A stretch of 64,000 bases of DNA. Source: Chlamydiales bacterium (GTDB taxonomy: Bacteria > Chlamydiota > Chlamydiia > Chlamydiales > JACKPQ01). This document shows, in pieces, positions 48,543-56,763 of the stretch; the first letter of the stretch is position 1, and every line of letters starts with the position of its first letter. The stretch is taken from assembly GCA_024233435.1 (NCBI GenBank), contig JACKPQ010000002.1, positions 286 through 64,285 on the forward strand, given 5' to 3'. Under the pieces are notes generated by a model. It was not told the origin of the DNA and searched no databases. It worked only from the letters and a program-made list of their open reading frames with translations. A program made the translations under genes and the position numbers.

Positions 48543-48788
48543 TCAGATTTTGTTGATTGCATCTTTTTCTCCTTTAAGAAGTCTCTCTGCAAGATCACTT
48601 AACTGCTCTACGGTCAGTTCCATCTGCGGATCTGAGTCCATTAGCATTAAATTCTCCAGTACATTATCAGCCCCAAAAGTAAATTCAGACTCACTAAAAT
48701 AAAGCTCATAAGCCCACTCAGCAATCGAATGTGGGTCTTTATCTAGCTGCTTTTTCAGTAAGAGTCCTAAATCTTTTTCGCTAATCAT
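48543..48788 (-). CDS. small acidic protein, immunity-like partner of the upstream toxin remnant
   Basis: 81 aa rich in D/E (LMLMDSDPQMELTVEQLSDLAERLL). It starts 6 nt after the stop of a basic toxin-like reading frame. Confidence 0.45.
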   Translation of the reverse strand: MISEKDLGLLLKKQLDKDPHSIAEWAYELYFSESEFTFGADNVLENLMLMDSDPQMELTVEQLSDLAERLLKGEKDAINKI

Positions 48789-48794
48789 TGAAAG

Positions 48795-49133
48795 TTACTC
48801 TCTTTTAATGGGTGGGTAGTGTTTTGATTTAATTGGTTGCCCATTGATATCCTTTGGATGGCCCCTGTTAACTTTTCCTGAGTGGTCATAACATTCCTGC
48901 CAACCACGTGTTTGGCCGGTTTTTGGATTATGTTCCATAACATATTTAGAACCTTTAGTCGGACCTTCTGTCTTCGCCTTAGCTTCAGTAGATTAATAAC
49001 GAACCCGGCCATCAGGCAACTCTTTTTTAGTTGCAGCTTTTGTTTGCATTTTTTCCATTTGCCTGAGCTTTCGTTGTAAAAGCTCACGACTTTTTGGCGC
49101 TTTAGCTACTTGTTTTGCTGCCTTTTGAATTTT
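48795..49133 (-). pseudogene. 5'-truncated polymorphic-toxin-like C-terminal fragment with an in-frame stop
   Basis: Own translation, in a frame different from track ORF 48785-49087: KIQKAAKQVAKAPKSRELLQRKLRQMEKMQTKAATKKELPDGRVRY*STEAKAKTEGPTKGSKYVMEHNPKTGQTRGWQECYDHSGKVNRGHPKDINGQPIKSKHYPPIKRE*. The in-frame TAA is at 48993-48995. There is no start or N-terminal domain. Confidence 0.45.
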
Positions 49134-49171
49134 TTAGTCTGTCCATTACAAGTCGAAGATGGATCAAAATT

Positions 49172-49271
49172 CACACTCCTTTGCGCTTCGGCCTATATTG
49201 GCGAACACTTAGAGCATGTCATCGACACCATTAGAGAAGCGGCATGTTTAGAAGTCCAACCTAGCTTTTAG
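49172..49271 (+). pseudogene. displaced 3' fragment of an obg gene
   Basis: The DNA aligns with 45103-45198 of the intact obg. The roughly 55-nt core differs at about 10 positions. It translates in frame to LLCASAYIGEHLEHVIDTIREAACLEVQPSF* versus [30 protein letters not shown]. Confidence 0.75.
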
Positions 49272-50417
49272 AGTTGGCCCTTCAAAAGAAAGATTCCCTG
49301 AGCCTAATCCTACATTGCCTACAACAACTTGAATCGGCAAACCAGGAGCAACTAAAGGGGCACGTCCCAATTGAATCGCTCCTTGATCCCAATAGAAAGA
49401 ATAGTCGTAGCTCGCACGCAAGCTAAAAAAACATTTCTCTTGGAAAAGCTCATGTCCCCACTCAAGCCCAAGAGACAAGTCCAAAATTGGTTTTAAGCTC
49501 TTTAATTCAGATTTATTTGAGTAAGAAACATCGCTAGATATCACAGATAGCAAGCCCGGATTAATCTGCTTCACAGATATACGCTCTTGCACATGTAGCA
49601 AGCTTGCTCCAATATCTCCACAAATTTTGAATCCCCAAAAAATGTTCCAATCGGCATTAAGAGCAGCTCTTGGACCTATTCCCCACGAATGAGACTTGTT
49701 AAGGCTCTGAATTTGAATCGGGGTCGTTATGGGTGTATAAATGATGTTATAGTCCTGTTCTAACCATAGGTTTCTGAGTCCAAAAGAAGGCCTTAACGTT
49801 AAATTGCGGCCACAGAAAAAGTCTCTTCCCACCTCTGCATCCAAGATATCCAATTCCAGTTGCCATTTAGTAGAAGCCGATCTAAATTCTTCACCAAGAA
49901 CTAAAGGATTGATAAATACCAACCACGCTGCATGAATATGTTGTGGAGGAAACTGAGTGCCTTGAAAGCTATTCACTGTTTGGTGAAGACGCGTATACTC
50001 GACATAAACATCCCAGTGGTCTCTTGGTATTTTATATCCTAATCCAACTTTGTATCCAGGCTTATACTTAAAGTCAGATGTTACAGTCTCTCCACTAAAA
50101 AGGTTGTTTTGTATATCAAGTGGGTTAGGTGAATATTCATTATCCAAAAACGCATATGTCAGATAATCAGCCGAAGCTCTCCAATAAATGAAAGATCCTG
50201 TTACATAAAGATTGGTTGGAGCGCACGGATTCAGCACAACCGGGGCGTTATACGCACAAGTATCAGGAGGTGTGATGCATGGGTTACAATTACAATCTTC
50301 TTGCATTGGCTTCGCTTGCTTTGGCGGCATGCAGTTTTGATCCGTTGAAGCTGATGCGCTTACGATTAGCAAACAGCCCAATACAGCTGCCATTTTCTTT
50401 TTACTAAAACTTCCCAT
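49248..50417 (-). CDS. cysteine-rich MOMP-like outer-membrane porin
   Basis: 389 aa with a signal peptide and an N-terminal Cys/Pro-rich stretch (CMPPKQAKPMQEDCNCNPCITPPDTCAYNAPVVLNPCAP). It then has a beta-strand pattern and ends in ...LKARLDF. Confidence 0.65.
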   Translation of the reverse strand: MGSFSKKKMAAVLGCLLIVSASASTDQNCMPPKQAKPMQEDCNCNPCITPPDTCAYNAPVVLNPCAPTNLYVTGSFIYWRASADYLTYAFLDNEYSPNPLDIQNNLFSGETVTSDFKYKPGYKVGLGYKIPRDHWDVYVEYTRLHQTVNSFQGTQFPPQHIHAAWLVFINPLVLGEEFRSASTKWQLELDILDAEVGRDFFCGRNLTLRPSFGLRNLWLEQDYNIIYTPITTPIQIQSLNKSHSWGIGPRAALNADWNIFWGFKICGDIGASLLHVQERISVKQINPGLLSVISSDVSYSNKSELKSLKPILDLSLGLEWGHELFQEKCFFSLRASYDYSFYWDQGAIQLGRAPLVAPGLPIQVVVGNVGLGSGNLSFEGPTLKARLDF

Positions 50418-50496
50418 GCTGACTCTCCTTTAAAAAAACCAATCCTAGCAGAATGCTTGAAGAATGCCAACACTTATTTTTAGAATAACGAGAACA

Positions 50497-50538
50497 TGAC
50501 CAGAGCCGAAATCGAACCGGCAATAGACGGATTTTCAG
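50497..50538 (-). repeat. diverged tRNA-Phe 3'-half copy (att-like)
   Basis: 36 of 42 nt are identical to 53095-53136, including the T-arm and the CTGAAAA anticodon loop. The sequence beyond cannot form the 5' half of a tRNA. Confidence 0.7.
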
Positions 50539-50841
50539 ACCCATCCACTATAGAACTCTGAATACATAAGAATATCCCAGAGTCGTTTTTTCCAGGGAAG
50601 AATGAATTGGCTTTATCCTGATTTATTCGAAAAAATTCCTTTAAATTCAGACCATTTGCGGAAAATTTCACTTTCTATACTCGTAGAATAATGGAGCTGT
50701 ATAGCTTGAAAAATAATTATTACAGTCCCAATAAATATAAAATCAGTTTTTCAATGACATCGCCTAGTTTCCGATAGCCCTTGTTTTTTAACAGATATTT
50801 TGGCATGCTAATTTCTAAAAAATTGAACATCAGAAATAACA

Positions 50842-52338
50842 GTGAAATTTTTTAAGGTCATAACCGTTACGATTCTATCGCTAGGAGGATTTATGGGTAT
50901 TCTTGAGGCAAAAGAACTCAACATTTCTGCTGAATTACAAAATGAATTAGAAAATAGCCCTCTTGAGACCACAGGAAAAATTCCTGATTGGCTATCAGGA
51001 ACTTTAATTCGTAATGGTCCTACCAAAGTAACGATAAATGGAGAAAGCAATGAACACTTGTTCGATGGCCTTGCTATGCTTCATGTATTTTCGTTTCATG
51101 AGGGAAAAGTTAATTACTCAAATAAATTCCTTCGATCGAAGGCCTATCACACTGTCTTTGAAAAAGGTTCTTTAAACTATGGTGGATTTGCATCTGATCC
51201 CTGTCGTTCAATATTTAAAAAGTTCTTAACCTTCTTTATCCCCAATTCCAGCCCAGCAGTTCACAATGCAAATGTTAATGTTGCAAAGTTAGCTGATGAA
51301 TATGTGGCGTTAACTGAGATACCTTTACCTGTAAAATTTGATCGAAAAACTCTTGAGACTTTAGGAGTGCTCAATTATCAGGATGAATTACCAAAAGATA
51401 AATGTTGGGAATCTGCTCATCCACATTATGATGTCCAACAAAAAATGACATTGAACTATCTCATTAAGTTTGGGCGGACAAGTTATTACACTTTCTATAG
51501 TTTAGAAGATGGATCTGCTGAAAGAAAAATTATTGCTGAAGTGCCTGTTCAAGAGCCTGCTTACATGCATAGCTTTGCAGTAACTGAAAACTACATCCTC
51601 CTTACTGAATTTCCCCTCGTAGTTAAGCCTTTAGATTTAATCATGAAAAATCAGGCTTTTATCAAAAATTTTATGTGGAAACCAGAGAGAGGAACGCAAT
51701 TTACTGTCATAGATAAAAAAGATGGCAGTATTGTCGGTAAATATACAACAAAGCCTTTTTTTGCATTTCATCACGCTAATGCTTTCGAAAAAGACGGTAT
51801 GATTCAAGTTGATGTAGTGACTTACAAGGATGCTAGTGTTATTACCGGGGATAGCTTTCATGTCAATTCTGATGACACTTCCAATGACAATTATCAGTCT
51901 CATCTAGAGAGATTTTCTCTTTCTCTCAAAACAGGAGAAATCACTTCAGACGTATTATTATCAACCTCTAATGAATTTCCTCGCATCAATGAAAAACTAG
52001 ATGGGAAACCTTATCATTATTTGTATCTGGCTGCTTTTAGCGATGAAGCTGATAACAAACAAGAACTATTGAATGGTGAGGGACTATACAAAATCAACAC
52101 TTCAACAAAAGAAGTATTTAAATGGTCTGAAAAAGGTTGTTCCGCTGGAGAGCCAGTATTTGTCTCAGCGCCAGACGCTTTAGAAGAAGATGATGGTGTA
52201 GTCCTTTCTGTTATTATAGATCACATTCAGAACAGTTCTTTTTTATTAATACTGGATGGCAAGAGCTTCAAAGAGATTGGTCGAGCAAGAGCACCGCATC
52301 TAATACCTGTCGGATTTCATGGTCAATACTTCGAATAG
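50842..52338 (+). CDS. carotenoid cleavage oxygenase family protein (RPE65/ACO-like)
   Basis: 498 aa. IPDWLSGTLIRNGP...FDGLAMLH...AHPHYD...MHSFAVTENY...FAFHHANAFE...PVGFHGQYF carries the four conserved iron-binding His contexts. The GTG start at 50842 yields a signal-peptide-like N-terminus. The alternative ATG 50893 has AGGAGG 4 nt upstream. Confidence 0.8.
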   Translation: MKFFKVITVTILSLGGFMGILEAKELNISAELQNELENSPLETTGKIPDWLSGTLIRNGPTKVTINGESNEHLFDGLAMLHVFSFHEGKVNYSNKFLRSKAYHTVFEKGSLNYGGFASDPCRSIFKKFLTFFIPNSSPAVHNANVNVAKLADEYVALTEIPLPVKFDRKTLETLGVLNYQDELPKDKCWESAHPHYDVQQKMTLNYLIKFGRTSYYTFYSLEDGSAERKIIAEVPVQEPAYMHSFAVTENYILLTEFPLVVKPLDLIMKNQAFIKNFMWKPERGTQFTVIDKKDGSIVGKYTTKPFFAFHHANAFEKDGMIQVDVVTYKDASVITGDSFHVNSDDTSNDNYQSHLERFSLSLKTGEITSDVLLSTSNEFPRINEKLDGKPYHYLYLAAFSDEADNKQELLNGEGLYKINTSTKEVFKWSEKGCSAGEPVFVSAPDALEEDDGVVLSVIIDHIQNSSFLLILDGKSFKEIGRARAPHLIPVGFHGQYFE

Positions 52339-52640
52339 GAAATGTTGGTAGTTGAAATTAACCAAAGCCCATCTAAGAAAACCAGCTAGACCAGCATTAC
52401 TTTGGCAAGAGCATGAAGCAAAAGCTTCTACATTTTTTGCTTGTATATCACCTCTGTTCTTATAGGATTTCAGTCAAATTTTTTTTATTAGATCTTTCGA
52501 CTTACGTATTAAGTCCATTGCATCCCGATGAAGCTGCTTAGCTTCTTTCGTATAGGCTCCATGACGAAAAGCAGCTTTACGAGCACGTTCTTTCCCTTTC
52601 TTAGTGAGGGGCCCATTTCCCTTACCACCGTGCAACTGAT

Positions 52641-52964
52641 TTAGAACTGCTTGAAAGGCTTTGCGAACCATGGTGTAAGTTGGTTGCTTTGAAGGATTTT
52701 AGACGGAAAGATGTAGTTGCCTTGGCAAGAAGAGCATCGACTCATCAGAAAACTGTATATTTGATCCGTCATAGGAAGAACTCTCGCATCTTGGTTCTTT
52801 GTTGTTTCAAGAGTGATGAGACGGTGTTCGAAATCTACGTTCTTCCACTTAAGGCTAGCGATCTCTCCATAACGCATCCCAAGTGAAGCAGCCATAAGCA
52901 CCATTCCATATAAAGTTTGATAGGAAAATGGCTTGATTTGATTTCGAAATGCTAAACTGCAAAG
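52641..52964 (-). pseudogene. tyrosine recombinase (phage integrase family) remnant
   Basis: The frame open from 52964 reads ...PFSYQTLYGMVLMAASLGMRYGEIASLKWKNVDFEHRLITLETTKNQDARVLPM..., the box I Arg region. The upstream part is in another frame (52855-53124). The downstream frame switches again (VRKAFQAVLNQL at about 52660), and no HxxR...Y catalytic end follows. Confidence 0.65.
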
Positions 52965-53094
52965 CTATTCCGATTGATTCAGAGCATTTGCGTAAAAAAT
53001 GCGGGAAATTGGGTTTTTGGGCTGTTTTTTGCATAGCGGCTCCTGATGTTAAAACATTCAAGAGCTCTATGAATAGATGGTACTTAGAAAGGTT

Positions 53095-53167
53095 TGGCCA
53101 GAGCCGGAATCGAACCGGCGACACAAGGATTTTCAGTCCTTTGCTCTACCAACTGAGCTATCTGGCC
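53095..53167 (-). tRNA. tRNA-Phe (anticodon GAA)
   Basis: The reverse complement GGCCAGATAGCTCAGTTGGTAGAGCAAAGGACTGAAAATCCTTGTGTCGCCGGTTCGATTCCGGCTCTGGCCA forms a perfect cloverleaf. CCA is not encoded. Confidence 0.95.
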
Positions 53168-53202
53168 AGATGGAGAAAGTATAAGTGTAAGGGACTTTAG
53201 AA

Positions 53203-55098
53203 TTATTGCGCAAGAGCAATCATGTCGCGGACGATGTTGAGCGCCTCGCGCATTTGTAGATCGTCTGCACCAAAGTTGTTTTTACGCGTGCAGGCGGGGC
53301 TCTTTCCATTGATAACTTGGACAAAACACTGAAAGTTGGGGTCTTTCTGCAGACGGTAAGCGCTGTTAGCTTGTAGCGTGGGAATCATCTTTTGCCATTG
53401 TTTTTTTTGCTTTTGCAGATATGGAATATATTTTTCTTTAAGAACTTGCTCGGTTTTGGGATCAACTCCTGTGAGCGGATCAAGATAGGCAGCCGCTAGC
53501 TGGTCGCTGCTGATGGGATACTCGAGATAACGCTCACCAATGTTAAAGGGTGAGTAAATGGTGGGAACGTGAATGTCTGCAGGAACGCCGATGATTTGCG
53601 TTGATTTACCAGAAACGGTGTAGTAACGCCCAACGGTGACTTTGAAAAATTTGTCAGCCTTGCCATCGGTGATGTTTTGATACTGCATCGTCCCTTTGCC
53701 GTAGGTGCGCGTATCGCCAACGACGAGCGCAACACCATAATCTTGCAACGCCCCAGCTACGATTTCAGCTGCTGATGCTGAGGCTTTAGATGTGAGTAAA
53801 ACAACAGGCCCATCAAAGAAAATACGGCCATCAAGGTTGCGCAGATATTGAACCTCTCCTTGATGGTATTTTGAGATAACAATGACGCCGCGCGAAATAA
53901 ACATCCCTGCAATCTTGACCGCTTGTGTCAAAAACCCACCGGCATTTTCGCGCATGTCAATCACAAGACCGCGAAGCTCGCCTTCATTTTTTAGCTTGAT
54001 GAGCGCCTCACGTAAGTGCTTTTCTGCATTGATCTCCTTTCCGTTGTCGTAAAAGCCTGGAAGGTCGATCATGCCGATAATGCCATCCGCATAAGGGACT
54101 GAAGTTGCTCTGACAAGTTCATCGCTCATTGCAATTTGCTCGCGGACAAGGCGAACCGTATACTGGACTTGATCCCGCTTGATCACAAGCTCAACTTGAG
54201 AGCCTGCAGAACCTTTAAGCTCTTCTAGGACCTCTTCAAAAGTGAGATTCTCAACAATTTTCCCATTGACTTGGACGACGACATCGCCAATTTTCACACC
54301 GCCACTCTGGTAAGCAGGGCCGTTTTCGATGAGATCAGCGATATAAACGCCATTGATCCCCTCTCGCAAAATAATTCCAATCCCCTCAAGCTGCTTCTTT
54401 AAGCTAGTCCGGATATCGTAGGCCTCATCAGGAGTGAAGTAAGCCGTATGGGCATCAAGGCTGCGGGCCAAGGCTTTGAGAGTATGCTCGACCACCGACT
54501 TTTCGGTATCTTGCTGACTACTCAAAAAGTAAGGCTTTTCACGGCGCGTGAGCTTTTTATCAATCAAAGCTAGTGATTTTTGGAGTTTTTCTCCATCAAG
54601 AGGTCTTTCATCCAGCCTTAAATAGCGGTGGATGCTAGCTGCAATGCGAGCTTTAAGCTCTTTGGGTGTTTTAGCAAAATCGACAAAGCTAGTGCTTGAT
54701 GTCTTTGTGATTGGCGTACCAGCGAGCATTTCCTGGATCACCTCAGCTCGCATAAGGCGCGCTCGATTCACAGCCTCAGACATCGTCATTGCAACATCTG
54801 TGTATTCCTTATAGTCATCTTTGGCAAAGCCATTTAAAACCTGAGATACGCGCTTGGTCGTCAGCTCTAAATATGGAAGCGCCTCTGACTTTAGAAGATA
54901 AGTCTTATTTGGATCAAATTGCTCGACATAAAGCTTAAAAGATCGCTTGACGAGAAGGGGGCTCATCTCTTTATACTCTATGTGATACTCAAGCATATCT
55001 CGCATGGTAAGGCGGATATCGCGATAATAAAGAGATTTGGCCATCAGGCAGGTGGATACAAAAACAGAAAATATAAAAAAATGTTTATGAAGGATCAT
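53203..55098 (-). CDS. tail-specific / C-terminal processing protease (peptidase S41, with PDZ domain)
   Basis: PDZ region GIILREGINGVYIADLIENGPAYQSGGVKIGDVVVQVNG. S41 core DMRENAGGFL...TSKASASAAEIVAGALQDY...GKGTMQ. First ATG is at 55098. The track start 55134 is a TTG that would overlap the divergent gene. Confidence 0.85.
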   Translation of the reverse strand: MILHKHFFIFSVFVSTCLMAKSLYYRDIRLTMRDMLEYHIEYKEMSPLLVKRSFKLYVEQFDPNKTYLLKSEALPYLELTTKRVSQVLNGFAKDDYKEYTDVAMTMSEAVNRARLMRAEVIQEMLAGTPITKTSSTSFVDFAKTPKELKARIAASIHRYLRLDERPLDGEKLQKSLALIDKKLTRREKPYFLSSQQDTEKSVVEHTLKALARSLDAHTAYFTPDEAYDIRTSLKKQLEGIGIILREGINGVYIADLIENGPAYQSGGVKIGDVVVQVNGKIVENLTFEEVLEELKGSAGSQVELVIKRDQVQYTVRLVREQIAMSDELVRATSVPYADGIIGMIDLPGFYDNGKEINAEKHLREALIKLKNEGELRGLVIDMRENAGGFLTQAVKIAGMFISRGVIVISKYHQGEVQYLRNLDGRIFFDGPVVLLTSKASASAAEIVAGALQDYGVALVVGDTRTYGKGTMQYQNITDGKADKFFKVTVGRYYTVSGKSTQIIGVPADIHVPTIYSPFNIGERYLEYPISSDQLAAAYLDPLTGVDPKTEQVLKEKYIPYLQKQKKQWQKMIPTLQANSAYRLQKDPNFQCFVQVINGKSPACTRKNNFGADDLQMREALNIVRDMIALAQ

Positions 55099-55124
55099 AT
55101 TTAAATAAATATTCGATATTAAAA

Positions 55125-55835
55125 ATGAAAACAATAAAAAAATTAATCATATTGTCTTTTTTAGCATGCGCCACCAGAAGCAGACTTGAGGCGACCTATC
55201 CCCTACTCCCCAAATCCGACCGAGATGAAACCATCGTCTGCCTACACGGTTTCATGCGTAACCATTGGTCGATGAGCCGGATCGAGCATTTCATGACCAA
55301 TGAAGGATTCCGCGTCCATAACCACAACTACCCAAGCCGAGATAAAGAAATTGAGGCACATGGCTATGACTTAACTCTTGCACTCAGATCCATTGCAGAA
55401 AGGCACCCTGGTCGCCCCATCCACTTTATCACCCACTCTATGGGAGCTCTTGTTGCTAGGGCCGCCATCAATCACCCCAACTGCCCTTTTGAAGCCACAA
55501 TCGGAAAAGCCGTTCTTTTCGCTCCACCGAACCAAGGTTCTGCTTTTGGCCGCAGCCTCCGCTCCTTGGAGCCAGTGCGTTGGGCTGTAGGCAACCAAGC
55601 GGGCAGACAGCTAATCGAAAAAGATTCTTTTAATGACCTTGGCGATTTCCCCGATTCAATGGATGTTTTAATCATAGCTGGAGAGTTTGATGGCAAAGTC
55701 GCCATCGAAGAAACAAGACTAGACAGACCCCACGAGCTCTATGTCGCTCCTCGGGGCCACAGCCTCATTATGTATGATCGTCCCTCAATTCGAAAAGCAA
55801 AAGATTTTTTGATTAGAAAAAGGGTTGATGACTAA
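55125..55835 (+). CDS. alpha/beta hydrolase (lipase/esterase-like) with signal peptide
   Basis: 236 aa. VCLHGFMRNHWSM is an oxyanion region. The nucleophile elbow is ITHSMGALVA. Confidence 0.65.
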   Translation: MKTIKKLIILSFLACATRSRLEATYPLLPKSDRDETIVCLHGFMRNHWSMSRIEHFMTNEGFRVHNHNYPSRDKEIEAHGYDLTLALRSIAERHPGRPIHFITHSMGALVARAAINHPNCPFEATIGKAVLFAPPNQGSAFGRSLRSLEPVRWAVGNQAGRQLIEKDSFNDLGDFPDSMDVLIIAGEFDGKVAIEETRLDRPHELYVAPRGHSLIMYDRPSIRKAKDFLIRKRVDD

Positions 55836-55854
55836 TTCGATAATCGGCTATAGT
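55825..55854 (+). promoter_or_regulatory. candidate promoter of the rpsL-rpsG-fusA-rpsJ operon
   Basis: TTGATG (55825-55830), 18 nt, TATAGT (55849-55854), about 35 nt upstream of rpsL. Confidence 0.35.
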
Positions 55855-55889
55855 GTTCAATCATGCTCACGTAGAAGGAAATAAAAATT

Positions 55890-56261
55890 ATGCCAACGAT
55901 GAACCAACTCTTACGCAAGAAGCGTACAGACAAAGTCCGCCGCAGTAATTCGCCTGCTCTTAGTCGCTGTCCTCAGCGCCGCGGCGTTTGCTTGCAGGTA
56001 AAGACAAAAACACCTAAAAAACCAAACTCAGCTTTGCGTAAAGTCGCATGGGTACGCCTTTCGAACGGCCAAGAAGTGATCGCCTACATCGGTGGAGAAG
56101 GTCACAACCTGCAAGAGCACAGCATTGTGCTAGTGCGAGGCGGTCGAGTCAAAGATCTACCAGGTGTGCGCTATCACATCGTTCGCGGATCACTTGATAC
56201 CGCTGCCGTAAAAGATCGCAAACAGTCGCGCTCAAAATATGGCGCCAAGAAACCTAAGTAA
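55890..56261 (+). CDS. rpsL: 30S ribosomal protein S12
   Basis: [12 protein letters not shown]...[37 protein letters not shown]. Confidence 0.97.
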   Translation: MPTMNQLLRKKRTDKVRRSNSPALSRCPQRRGVCLQVKTKTPKKPNSALRKVAWVRLSNGQEVIAYIGGEGHNLQEHSIVLVRGGRVKDLPGVRYHIVRGSLDTAAVKDRKQSRSKYGAKKPK

Positions 56262-56276
56262 AGGAAGGACTAGAAT

Positions 56277-56753
56277 ATGTCACGCCGCCGTTGCGCTGAA
56301 AAGCGCCCAATTAAAAAAGACCCTCGATACAACAGCGAGTTAATCACTAAATTCATCAATCGCGTTATGTTAGATGGCAAAAAAACCACTGCTTGCACGA
56401 TCGTGTACGGGGCCCTTGAGAAATTTGCTAAAAAGGTAAATCAGAAAGATCCTCTAGTTGCATTTGAACAAGCACTAGAAAATGCGATGCCAGCACTTGA
56501 AGTGAAGTCACGCCGCATCGGTGGAGCCACTTACCAAGTGCCCGTCGAGATCAAACCCGAGCGCCGCATGTCCATGGGTATGAAGTGGATCATTACATAC
56601 GCAAGAGCTAAATCAGGACGCAGCATGATTGATGGCCTATCTGGAGAGCTTGCAGACTGCTTCCAAAACCAAGGCTCGACAATTAAGAAAAAAGACGACA
56701 CACACCGCATGGCAGAGGCTAACAAAGCTTTTGCAAGCTTCGGAAAATTTTAA
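56277..56753 (+). CDS. rpsG: 30S ribosomal protein S7
   Basis: [36 protein letters not shown]...[17 protein letters not shown]. Confidence 0.97.
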   Translation: MSRRRCAEKRPIKKDPRYNSELITKFINRVMLDGKKTTACTIVYGALEKFAKKVNQKDPLVAFEQALENAMPALEVKSRRIGGATYQVPVEIKPERRMSMGMKWIITYARAKSGRSMIDGLSGELADCFQNQGSTIKKKDDTHRMAEANKAFASFGKF

Positions 56754-56763
56754 GGAAACTCAG

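Larger units (their letters stand above)
46840..53167 (-). mobile_element. degenerate (probably compound) integrative island at tRNA-Phe
   Basis: Three same-orientation copies of the tRNA-Phe 3' 42 nt lie at 46840, 50497 and 53095. A tyrosine-recombinase remnant adjoins the intact tRNA. The cargo is AT-richer, and the region holds several pseudogenes and gene fragments. Confidence 0.55.

Noticed and set aside
48785-49087. 100-aa minus-strand track ORF (MSFYNESSGKWKKCKQ...)
   Set aside because: The composition looks non-protein-like. A different frame over the same DNA gives a more convincing toxin-like sequence ending 6 nt before the next gene, so the track ORF is probably a frame artefact.
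50480-50671. 63-aa minus-strand ORF overlapping the diverged tRNA-Phe fragment
   Set aside because: It has no RBS, overlaps the att-like repeat and lies in AT-rich intergenic DNA. It is most likely non-coding.
52949-53200. 83-aa plus-strand ORF and the 89-aa minus-strand ORF 52855-53124
   Set aside because: Both run across tRNA-Phe. The minus-strand one partly represents the out-of-frame upstream piece of the integrase remnant, not an independent gene.
56629-56763. 45-codon N-terminal extension of fusA in the track ORF
   Set aside because: It overlaps the rpsG 3' end in another frame. The conserved EF-G N-terminus begins at ATG 56764.
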